Shown here piece after piece: positions 33,696 through 45,600 of a stretch of DNA of 64,000 nt. A program made the position numbers and the translations under genes. Each line of letters begins with the position of its first letter. Within the stretch, counting starts at the first letter, position 1. This DNA is from Cetorhinus maximus (Eukaryota), in assembly GCF_964194155.1 (NCBI RefSeq), contig NW_027597837.1, positions 1 through 64,000 of the forward strand. Reading direction: 5' to 3'. The notes beneath the pieces are model-generated. The model was given only the letters and a program-made list of their open reading frames with translations, had not been told where the DNA came from and did no database searches.

Positions 33696-36600
33696 GTAAG
33701 GATCAACTCGGGGCCTCCCTCCCCCCTTCCTAATCACACACCCACCCCCCGTTCTCTCCCCCCACCGCCCCCCAACTCCCTCAAACCCCACCGCAACCCA
33801 GGAATAACACTGCCCCTTTCCTGGAGGGTCCCAGGCCAGACCTCCACTCGAATGTGGCCCTGAGTCTCCCACTCACTCAGTCCCGAAGCCCAGCAGACAG
33901 ACGACAAGGTTGCTGCCTGCAGGCCCCGGGTGTCTGTCAGCCCCGGGTGTCTGTCAGCCCCGGGTGTCTGTCAGCCCCGGGTGTCTGGGTGTCTGTCGGC
34001 CCCGCGTGTCTGTCGGCCCCGGGTGTCTGTCGGCCCCGGGTGTCTGTCGGCCCCGGGTGTCTGTCGGCCCCTGGTGTCTGTCGGCCCCTGGTGTCTGTCG
34101 GCCCCTGGTGTCTGTCGGCCCCGGGTGTCTGTCGGCCCCGGGTGTCTGTCGGCCCCGGGTGTCTGTCGGCCCCGGGTGTCTGTCGGCCCCGGGTGTCTGT
34201 CGGCCCCGGGTGTCTGTCGGCCCCGGGTGTCTGGGTGTCTGTCGGCCCCGGGTGTCTGTCGGCCCCGGGTGTCTGTCGGCCCCGGGTGTCTGTCGGCCCC
34301 GGGTGTCTGTCGGCCCCGGGTGTCTGTCGGCCCCTGGTGTCTGTCGGCCCCTGGTGTCTGTCGGCCCCTGGTGTCTGTCGGCCCCTGGTGTCTGTCGGCC
34401 CCGGGTGTCTGTCGGCCCCGGGTGTCTGTCGGCCCCGGGTGTCTGTCGGCCCCGGGTGTCTGTCGGCCCCGGGTGTCTGGGTGTCTGTCAGCCCCGGGTG
34501 TCTGTCAGCCCCGGGTGTCTGTCAGCCCCGGGTGTCTGGGTGTCTGTCAGGCCTGGGTGTCTGTCGGCCCTGGGTGTCTGTCGGCCCTGGGTGTCTGTCG
34601 GCCCTGGGTGTCTGTCGGCCCTGGGTGTCTGTCGGCCCTGGGTGTCTGTCAGGCCCTGGCCCCATGGAGATCTCTCTCAATTCTGAGGCAGACGATTACA
34701 AGGTTTGGGTCCCCGCACCAGAGACTTGAGCACGAGATCATGGCTGATACTCCCCAGGGCCAGGAAGGAGGGAGCGCCGCACTGTCAGAGGGTCAGTGCT
34801 GAGGAAGTGCTGCACTGTCGGAGGGTCAGTGCTGAGGGAGCGCCGCACTGTCGGAGGGTCAGTACTGAGGGAGCGCCGCACTGTCGGAGGGTCAGTGCTG
34901 AGGGAGCGCTGCACTGTCGGAGGGTCAGTACTGAGGGAGCGCCGCACTGTCGGAGGGTCAGTGCTGAGGGAGCGCCGCACTGTCGGAGGGTCAGTGCTGA
35001 GGGAGCGCCGCACTGTCGGAGCGTCAGTGCTGAGGGAATGCTGCACTGTCGGAGGGTCAGTGCTGAGGGAGTGCTGCACTGTCGGAGGGTCAGTACTGAG
35101 AGAATGAGGGAGTGCTGCACTGTCGAAGGGTCAGTACTGAGGGAGTGAGGGAGTGCTGCACTGTCGGAGGGTCAGTGCTGAGGGAGTGCTGCACTGTTAG
35201 CGCTGCCGTGTTTCATGATGAGACATTAAAGCCCCCCATCTGCCACCCACCTCAACCCCCCCAAAACCCCGGCTGGATGCAAAAGGTTTTTGGAATTTCT
35301 GCACTGTGGGAAACACGGCAGCTAATTTGCACACAGCAAGATCCCACGAAGAGCATCCTGGTAATGTGACCATTTTTGCTTTGAAGTGATGTCGGTTGAG
35401 GGAGAAATATTGGCCCCAGGACACCGGGGAGAACTCCCCACCTCCCCCGCACCCCCACCCCCACCCCCCAACATTCCTACAGCGGCCACGGGATCTTTTA
35501 TGTCCACCTGTAGAGGGCAGACGGTGGGCGTGGTTTAACGTCTCATCTGATAGACGGCACCTCTGACAGCGCGGCTCTCCCCCCGTGCTGGCACTGCGGG
35601 TGTCGGCCTGGATTTAGTGCCAACGTCTACGGAACCCATGACCTTCTGACTCTTGAGGAGAGCGAGAGAGAGAGAGGGAGTGTGGTATCCGCTAAGCCAC
35701 AGCTGGCATCTGCCACTGTCTCCAGCTGCCTGGGAGAATGAGGTGCCAATGTGAGGGAGAGCGGCCTGGGCCGTGGCGGGTGCCTCAGTGCCGCAGAGGC
35801 CTCAGTGCTGCGGAAGCCTTGTTTAACCAGCTCCACAGGAGTCAGAGTCACCAAGAGGAATCCTTCCCTGAATGAGTCAGGGCTCAGCCTCACTTGCTCG
35901 CTGTTAATTTACAGCCCCCTTGAACGGCTTGTTGACCGTCCTGTTCCCAAAACCCCCTGTGTCAACATTACTCTCCAAGTTCCTTGCCGAAAATACCCCT
36001 CCCACCCCCGGGTTGCCAGCTGGGGTTGGACGTGTGCCTGGAGGTTGGTCGCCTGACCACTCGCCTCCACCTCCTCGGCCCCGCCCTCCTCCTCCTCCCA
36101 CTGGCCGCCTGACCCGCCCTTCCCCAGCTAGCCGGGCCTCCCCGACCAATCGGAAAGCGGATTGGAGGGCCTCACGTGATTGTCCCGCCCCCCCCCTCCC
36201 ATGGCCGGGGCACCCGATCTTTCCCTTCACTGCTCGGTGTGGAAGGGTTGAAGAGGAGTTTAGAAAGCGGGCTTTGCCCACAGGCCCATCCGCTTGCTGT
36301 TTGCCCAGTTGAACAGTCTGTGACTTTGTGCTCGTTCTCTCTCCGCAGGAGTGTACCGATGGCTACGAGTGGGATCATGAGAGGCAGCATTGCCGAGGTA
36401 CGCAAAGCCCCCCACCCCCAACCCCCCTCCCAACCCCATTGAAGGAGCAGAAATCACCTTGGCTCAAAGCAACATCACAAATTTACCCCCCAACCCCCCT
36501 GCCCCAGCCTTTGGTGTACAGGAGGAGGCCACTGGGCCCATCATGCCTGTGCTGGCCCATTGCAAGATCTATCCAATTAATCCTACTACCCCCCACCACC

Positions 36601-39600
36601 CCACCACCCCCAGCCGCACTCTTCCCCCCCCCCCTCCCCCCGCCGCCCACAGTCCTGTAAATTTCTCCTTTTCGAGTATTTACCCAATTCCCCCTTTTGA
36701 AAGTTCCTATTGAATCTGCTTCCGTCGCCCTTTCAGGCAGCGCCTTCCAGATCACAACAACTCGCTGTGTCAAAAAAAACATTCTCCTCATCTCCCCCTC
36801 TGGCTCTTTTCCCGATTCTCTTCAATCTGTGTCCCCCTCTGGTTACCGACCCTCCTGCCACTGGGAACAGTCTCTCCTTATTCACTCTGTCCAAACCCCC
36901 TCCTGATTTTGAACATCTCGATTCAATCTCCCCCTTAACCTTCTCTGCTCTAAGGAGAACAATCCCGGCTTCTCCAGCCCCTCTCTGCATTGGCTGAAGT
37001 CCCCTCGTCCCTGGTCCCGTTCCAGGGAATCTCTGCACCCTCGCTCAGGCACTCGGCGTCTCCCCGAGAGTGTGGTGCCCAGAGTCGGCCGCGGTGGGCC
37101 TGTGATATTTCCGGCGGCGTTCCGGAGAAGGGCTGGGAGAGGAGCGCGGGAAACCCCGCAGCCTGGATTTGGCGGCCGGGCCTCACTCGTACATCTTGTT
37201 TCCTCCTGACTGGTGGCTTCACAGGAAAGCCTGAGCTTGTAGGCCTCAGTTGGAAAGAGGGGAGCGAGGGATAGGCCGGGGGGGATTGGAAAGACCTTGG
37301 GGGGGTGGGGGTTGGGGATTGGGAGGGGTGGGGGGGGTTGGGGGGCGGTGGGTGTGGGGGTGGGTGGGGGTTGGTGGGAGGGGTGGTGAGGAGGGTTGGG
37401 AGGTGGTGGATGTGGGGGTGGGTGGGGGTTGGTGGGAGGGGTGGTGAGGAGGGTTGGGAGGTGGTGGATGTGGGGGTGGGTGGGGAGTGGTGGGAGGGGG
37501 GGTGAGGAGGGTTGGGGGGTGGTGGATGTGGGGGAGGTTGGGGGCTGGGTGGGTCTGGGGGTGGGTGTTGGGGAATTGGGAGGGTAGGGGGGTTGGGGGT
37601 TTGGGTGTTGTGGGTGTGGGGGTGTTAGGGGGGTTGGGGGTGGGGTGGGTGTTGGGGGTGTGTGGGTGGGATGGGTGTTGGGAGGGGTGGGGTGGGTGTT
37701 GGGGGGGGTGGGGTGGGTGTTGGGGGGGTGGGGGTGGGAATGGGAATGGGTGTTAGGGGGGTGGGGATGGGATGGGTGTTGGGGGGGTGGGGATGGGTGT
37801 TGGGGGGGTGGGGATGGGGGTGGGGATGGGTGTTGGGGGAGTGGGGGTGGGGATGGGTGTTGGGGGGGTGGGGATGGGTGTTGGGGGGGTGGGGGTGGGG
37901 ATGGGTGTTGGAGGGGTGGGGATGGGTGTTGGGGGTGGGGATGGGTGTTGGGGGGGGGTGGGGGTGGGATGGGTGTTGGGGGGGTGGGGATGGGTGTTGG
38001 GGGGGTGGGGGTGGGGATGGGTGTTGTGGGGGGTGGGGATTGGTGTTGGGGGCGGGTTGGGGGTGGGGATGAGTGTTGGGAGGGTGTTGGGGGGGTGTGG
38101 GTGGGATGGGTGTTGGGGGCGGGTTGGGGGTGGGGATGGGTGTTGGGGGTGGGTGTTGGGGGGGGTGGGGATGGGTGTTGGGGGGGGTGGGATGGGTGTT
38201 GGGGGGGTGGGGGTAGGGATGGGTGGGGATGGGTGTTGGGGGGTGGGGATGGGTGTTGGGGGGGTGAGGGTGGGGGTGGGGGGTGGTGTGGGTGTTGGGT
38301 GGGGGGAGGGGTGGAGTGGGTGTTGGGGGGGTTGTAAAGCCCGATCATGAGGAAGGGCAGCTCGGGGAGAGGCTGCTGCCCTCGGCCCACAAGCAGGGCC
38401 CGAAAGGCTCTTTCCCAGCCTGATCCGCCCCTTCTCTCCTCCCTCCAGCTACCGGGACCCCCTACAGCACTCCCGAGGGTGTTAAAAACGCCCCTTGCCG
38501 GGGGTGGGGGGGGTGGGAGAGCCTGAAAACTCCCCACCCGCCCGCCCGCATGCTGCCCTACCCCAAACCCCCCCCAAACCACACCCCTCCCCCCAATGCT
38601 TTCTCCGAGGCCTGACCGGTCATGTGGTGGCTCTTCCGCAGACATAAACGAGTGCGAGACCATCCCTGGGGCCTGCAAGGGGGCCATGAAGTGCTTCAAT
38701 CACTACGGAGGGTACCTGTGCCTGCCCCGCTCGGCCTCCATCATCACCCACAACGACGTGCCCCCCAACAATGAGCCTGGTGCTGCCCCCCCACTCGCCA
38801 GCCAGCAGCCGCCGGTCCCCGGGGTCAACTCTGCAGCGACTGCCTGTCCCCAGGGGTACAGCCCCAACCAGGAGGAGCAGTGCGTGGGTAAGTGTCCGTT
38901 AAAAGCTAAACCACCCACCCCCCGACCACCACCGACGACACACCGGGGGTGGGGTGGCTGGTGGGGAGATGGTTTACAATCGGTATCGAGAGGGAGGCAG
39001 GGGGAAGCGGGTCTCGCATTCCTGTAGCGCCCTTTTACCGGACATCCCGAGACAGGTTCACGGGCGACGGAGTGCGTTCTCCTCCTTCCTGGAAGCGCGG
39101 CAGCCGAATTTGCGCACGGCAAGATCCCACGGCCGTTTCACGGTCCCCCCAGGAAAGGGGTGGGAATGGAAAGGGGGGAGGGCGAACTCTAATTAAATCA
39201 AGGCGCTGATTTCAATCAGGAGGGGCGCCGCCTCATACTGCGGGGGGGAGAGAGGGAGACGGAGGGAGAGAGGGAGATGGAGGGAGGTGAGCGAGGGGTG
39301 GGTTAAGAAAGCAGATCGGAGCTAAACTGGTTAAACTGACTGGTAGAAGCCAGGACTGACCACAAAGCCCCCAGTTCAGTGAAGCCACTTCCAGCTGAGA
39401 TCCAAATCCTCTTATTTTGGCAACATGTTCGCGCTCTCTCTCCCTCTCATTTGCCTCCCGGAACCTGTAATTTTCTCCACATAGCAGCAACCACCCCCCC
39501 CCCACCACCAACTCTACACCCCGTCCGATTTTAAAACTCTTACCAGCTTCCCCACCCCACCCTCTCCACGTCAAAGTGGGTCTCCAGAGTAACCACATCC

Positions 39601-42600
39601 TGTGGTTTGTGCCACGCAGTTTATTTCCCTTTAACTGCTCCTGTGTAAGTGCTGCTGATCTGGCTTAGATTAACACTGACTGTGCATGAAGAGGCCATTC
39701 AGCCCCTCTCCAGTGTTTTGTTTTCCCCTTTGTTCTTTCATGGGATGTGGGCGTCGCTGGCTGGGCCCAGCATTTATTGCCCATCCCTAACTGCCCTTGA
39801 ACTGAGTGTCTCGCTCAGCCAATTTCAGAGGGGGGCAGTTAAAAGTCAACCCCATTCGCTGTGGGGTCTGGAGTCACATGTAGGCCCAGACCGGGTAAGG
39901 ATGGCAGATTTCCTTCCCTAAAGGGGACGTTAGTGAACCAGATGCGGTTTTTACAACAATCGCTGATGGTTGTCACGGTCACCATCACTGAGACTACATT
40001 TCAACTCCAGCTTTTTTAATTAAATTTAAATTGCTCCAGTAGTGGGATTTGAACCCGTATCCTCCAGAGCATTAGCCTGGGCCTCTGGTCCAGCGACATT
40101 ACCGATACGTCGCCATCTCCCCTGCTCTGCCAGTCAATCAGATCGTGGCTGATCTGTATCCTAACTCCAGCTGCCCACCTTAGTCCCATAACCCTTAATC
40201 CCCTCACCCAACAAAAATCTATCAACCTCCGTTTTCACATTTTAAGTTGACCCTCGGTCTTTTTGAGGGAGGGGAGAGAGTTCCAGATTCCCACTCCTCT
40301 CTGTCTGAAGATGTGCTTGCTGACATCACCCCTGAACAACCTGGCTGTTGTTTTAAGACTCTGCGCACCCCCCAACCCCCAGCCCTTGTTCTGAATATCC
40401 CCACCAGAAGAAATAGTTTTTCTCTCTCGACCCCAACGAGTCCTTTAATCCGTTAGATCACACCTTAATCGCCTAAAGTCGGGACATAAGTCGGGTCAAC
40501 CACACGTCAGTCTGCACTTTTCCCCACCATCCATCCGATCGTCTGTGGGTTTAATGTGTCCCTTGTGAATCTGAGCCCCTTAATCCAGGCCGACGCTCCC
40601 TGTGCCAGCGCTGAGGGAGTGCTGCACTGTCAGAGGCATCATCTTTCAGGGAAGACGTTAAGAGTGTTGTATAAAAACCTGCGGCCATGTTTGGAAGGAG
40701 AGTGGGGGTGGGGGTAGAGGGGGCAGTTCTCCCCGGTGTCTGGGGGCTCATGTTTATCCCACAGACAAGCTCAGTTTGACGTCTAGTCCGTCGGTGTGGC
40801 GCACCCTCAGCGCTGGGAGCGTCTGTTTGGATTCTTTGCTCGATCCTCTGCCTCGAGGCCAAGAGAGCGATGGTCAGGGAGCCTGGGCGGCGAGTGTAGA
40901 CGCGGCTGGGACGGGTACTGGCGCTCCCCCACAGAATCCTGCCCTTCATACTGACTCCCTGGCTTCGCTCACCCACACAGACGTCGACGAGTGCAAGCTC
41001 GACATCCACAGCTGCCAGCCAAGCCAAGAGTGCGTCAATACCCAGGGAGGGTACAACTGCAAGTGCCCAGAGGGGTATCAGCTGGTGGGGACGGAGTGTA
41101 TCGGTAAGTGAGAAGCAGGTGGAGTACAACGCGGGAAAACTTAAGGTCCCCTACTCTGGCAGGAAGAATAGCAAAGTAGCCTATTATTTAAATGGAGAGA
41201 GACTGCAGAGCTCTGCGGTACAGAGGGATCTGGGCGTCCTGGTACATAGATCACTAAAAGTTTAGTGTACAGCTACAGCAAGTGATTAGGAAGGTAGATG
41301 CAATGTTGGCCTTAATTCTAAGGGGTATGGAGTATAACAGTAGGGAAGTCTTGCTCCAATTGTACAGGGCACTGGTGAGACCACACCTGGAGTACAGTGT
41401 ACAGTTTCGGTCTCCTTATTAAGAAAGGATATACTTACATTGGAGGCAGTTCAGAGAAGGTTCACTTGACTGATCCCTGGGATGAGGAAAGGTTGAAGGG
41501 GTTGGGCCCTGTACCCATTGGAGTGTAGAAGAATGAGAGGTGATCTTATTGAAAGATACAAGATCCTGAGGGGACTTGACAGGGTGGATGCTGAGAGGAT
41601 GTTTCCCTGTTATAGGGGAGTCTAGGTTAAAAATGAGGGGTCTCTCTCCATTTAAGATGGAGATGAGGAGAATTTTTTTCTCTTAGGGTCATGAGTCTGT
41701 GGAACTCTCTTCCCCAGAGAGCAGTGGAGGCTGGGTCACTGAGTATATTCAAGGCCGAGTTAGACAGATTTTTATTGACAAGTCAAGGGTTATGGGGGAC
41801 AGGAAGAAAGTGGAGTTAAGGCCACAATGGGCTCAGCCACGATTCTGTGTCATTATGACTGTACGATATGATCTTATTGAACAGCAGAGCAGGCTCGAGG
41901 GGCCGAATGGCCTACTCCTGCTCCTAATTCTTGTGTTCCTGGTGATGGGTTAATTGTTTTCACGGCCCTGGGAGCCGTAACAAAACTGCTGCCAAGCCTC
42001 TTCATCGAAAACTGCCAACAAGTGCTTCAGTTTTGACCCCTGTGGCTGGGAGGTGAAAGGTTGTCTGTGTGGTGCACAGGCCTGGAAATGTTGGACTGTC
42101 AGCACCTCTCTCTCATCTTTCAGACATAAACGAATGTCGCTTCAGGTACTGTCAGCACCGGTGTGTGAACTCTCCGGGGTCGTTCACGTGTCAATGTGAG
42201 CCAGGCTTCACCTTGGGGAGAGACAACCACTCCTGTGTGGGTAAGTCCAGCACCGAGGCTGCCTCTGCCTCTCTCTCTCTCTGTCTCTCTGCGTACTCCA
42301 GACTGCGGAATCTGGGAGAGGACTACACTATCCTCACCAGTCACCCTCGTACACTCTGCCTTAAGCCTAGTCCGGGTCTGTTATTACCCTTCCCCCCTCC
42401 CCCCCTCCCCACCCCGCCCCATCCCCCAACATGGCCTGGATCTGGTCTTGAGGTCTTGTCTCCTTTTCCTAGTGTGTTACAGGTCGACGGGATTGCACAG
42501 AATACACAGCACAGAAAGAGACCTTTTGGCCCAACCAGTCCGTGTCGGTCCACTCTAGCTTCCTCTCAACCTTTCCTAATGAATCTATCATCGTAACCCT

Positions 42601-45600
42601 CCCATTCCCTTCCCCCTCATATACTTGTCGAGTTCCCCCCTTAAATGTATCTACACTATTCACCTCTCTGGGGCACAGCCTCAGAGTCAAGGGAAGACCT
42701 TTTAGAACAGAGATGAGGGAGAAACTTCTTTAGCCAGAGAGTGGGTGAATCTATGGAATTCATTGCCACAGAAGGCTGTAGAGGCCAGGCCATTGAGTGT
42801 ATTTAAGACCGAGATAGATAGGTTCTTGATTGGTTAAGGGGATCCAAGGTGACGGGGAGAAGGCGGGAGAATGGGGTTGAGAAACTTATCAGCCATGATT
42901 GAATGGCGGAGCAGACTCGATGGGCCGAATGGCCTAATTTCTGCTCCTATGTCTTACGGTCTCTCCCACTCCCTGTGGGAGCGAGATCCACATTCTCCCC
43001 ACTCTCCGCGGAAAGAGGTTTCTCCCGAATTCCCGATTGGGTTTATTAGTGACCGGCCTATATCGATGGCCCCTCAAGTTCCGCTCTCGTCCACAAGAGG
43101 AGATGTTCTCTCCGTGTCCACTCTATCGAAACCTTTCCGAGTTTTAAAGACCTCTATTGGGTCACCCCCTCAGCCTTCTCTTTCCAAGAGAGGAGACCCA
43201 GCCTGTCGACTCTATCCTGGTGTGTACACCCGCACATTTCTGGGATCACCCTCGTAAATCTTCTCTCTACGCTCTTCCGAACCTCTGTCACCTTTTATAA
43301 AGTAGAACAGCACCTGGTGCTCTAAAGTGCGAACGAACCAATCCAGGTCGAGCATAACTTTCCTACTTCTCAGTTCTACCCTTCAGGAGATAAAACCTAG
43401 TGCTTGGTTTGTCTGGATTGGTAGATTTAAACCTGTGAACAACTTGCAGAAGCCCCGATTTAATCAGAGCTCGAAACGCTCCCCCCCTTTTTTTTTACAG
43501 ATGTGGACGAGTGTGAGATGGGAGCCCCATGTGAGCAGCGCTGTTTCAACACTTACGGGTCCTTCCTGTGCCGCTGTGAGCAGGGCTATGAGCTGAGCAG
43601 CGACGGGCAAAGCTGCCAAGGTAAAAGACAACCATGTGGGCTGGTGGCACGAGAGGGAGTTAACCTGGGCCAGAGGTTCGGAGCCCAGATGTTGATTGCC
43701 CCGGTCGGAGATTGGCACGAGTGGCAGACTTTGGGGGCCGGGGGTTCGGAGGGGGCGGTGGTTTAGGGGAGGTCACAACGCTTTGCGGTAACTTGTACCT
43801 GTGATGTCGGAAAACAGCCCAAGAAACATGTCACAGACAAAATGTGACCCTGAGCCACACACGGGGATCTTGCCGACCAAAGGCCCAGTCGAAGAGGTTG
43901 GTTTTGAGGAGCGTCTGAAAGGCAAGGAGAGGGAGGCGGAGAGGTTCAGGGAGGGAATTCCCCAGGCAGCTGAAGGCACGGCCGCCAATGGCGGGGCGAT
44001 GGGAACTGGGAGATGCTCGAGAGGCCGGAATTGGAGAAGCGCAGAGATCTCGGAGGGTGGTAGGGGCCGGAGAAGGTTACAGAGATAGGGAGGATTGTAG
44101 GGGCTGGAGGAGGTTACAGAGATAGAAAGGGTTGTAGGGGCTGGAGGAGGTTACAGAGATAGGGAGGGGTGTAGGGGCTGGAGGAGGTTACAGAGATAGG
44201 GAGGGGTGTGGGGGTTGGAGGAGGTTACAGAGATAGAAAGGGTTATAGGGGCTGGAGGAGGTTACAGAGATAGGGAGGGTTGTAGGGGCTGGAGGAGGTT
44301 ACAGAGATAGGGAGGGTTGTAGGGGCTGGAGGAGGTTACAGAGATAAGGAGGGTTGTAGGGGCTGGAGGAGGTTACAGAGATAGGGAGGGTTGTAGGGGC
44401 TGGAGGAGGTTACAGAGATAGGGAGGGGTATAGGGGCTGGATGAGGTTACAGAGATAGGGAGGGTTGTGGGGGCTGGAGGAGGTTACAGAGATAGGGAGG
44501 GTTGTAGGAGCTGGAGGAGATTACAGAGATAGGGAGCGTTGTAGGGGCTGGAGGAGGTTACAGAGATAGGGATATAGGGGCCAGGTGGAGGTTAGAGAGT
44601 TAGGGAGGGGGCAAGGGGGGATTTGAAAACAAGGATGAGAATTTTTAAAAGCGAGGTATTCGGACTGGGATACAGCAGGTTAGTGGACACGGGGGAGTGA
44701 CGGGTGAGGGTTTGCTAATGAGGAGTCCCTCATCATCAAGCAGGCTGCCAATACTGGCGCAGACATGAAGAACCTGGGCTGAGATAATGAGAGGGGGGAC
44801 AATGTTCTGTATTCCAACAAGGTTCACATCTCTCCTGGTGGAGAGGGGTGAAAATTGTATGTGATGCGGCAGGTTAAGTGTCGGCCATTGTAAAGCAGTA
44901 TTTGCATTGGTACCTCACTCTCTCCCAGTTCAGTAATCCCTCACCGTCCTCTGTAATGCAGATATCGATGAGTGTAGTTACTCCAACTACTTGTGTCACT
45001 ATCAGTGCGTGAATGAGCCAGGCCGTTTCTCCTGCATCTGTCCCGATGGCTACCAGCTCCTGGGCACCAGGATCTGCCAAGGTACAGTCAGCCCACCTCT
45101 ATTACTCACCTCCTGAGTTTGACTTGGATCTGCAGTGAGTTCAGAAGGGACGTATCAGTAAAATAGTCATGTTCAGCTGTACCACACTGTAGCTCAACAA
45201 GATTGTTCATCAGGATCAAACACTCCCAGGACAGGTACAGCACGGGGTTAGATACAGAGTAAAGCTCCCTCTACACTGTCCCCATCAAACACTCCCAGGA
45301 CAGGTACAGCACGGGGTTAGATACAGCGTAAAGCTCCCTCTACACCGTCCCCATCAAACACTCCCAGGGCAGGTACATCACAGGGTTGGATACAGAGTAA
45401 AGCTCCCTCTACACTGTCCCCAGCAAACACTCCCAGGGCAGGTACATCACAGGGTTGGATACAGAGTAAAGCTCCCTCTTGTATATCCCCACTCCACCCC
45501 TGACCCTTGTTCGCTCCTAAGAAAAGGGGGGGTCATCTCATGAGGAAAGGTTGGGCCTATATCCCGTTGGTGTTTAGAAGAGTGAGGGGTGATCTTATTG

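Noticed and set aside
33854-34802. Cys/Pro-rich ORFs in three frames
   Set aside because: 17-bp minisatellite
36882-38699. 605-aa Pro/His-rich ORF and overlapping Gly-rich ORFs
   Set aside because: Translation of a low-complexity G-tract in an EFEMP2 intron
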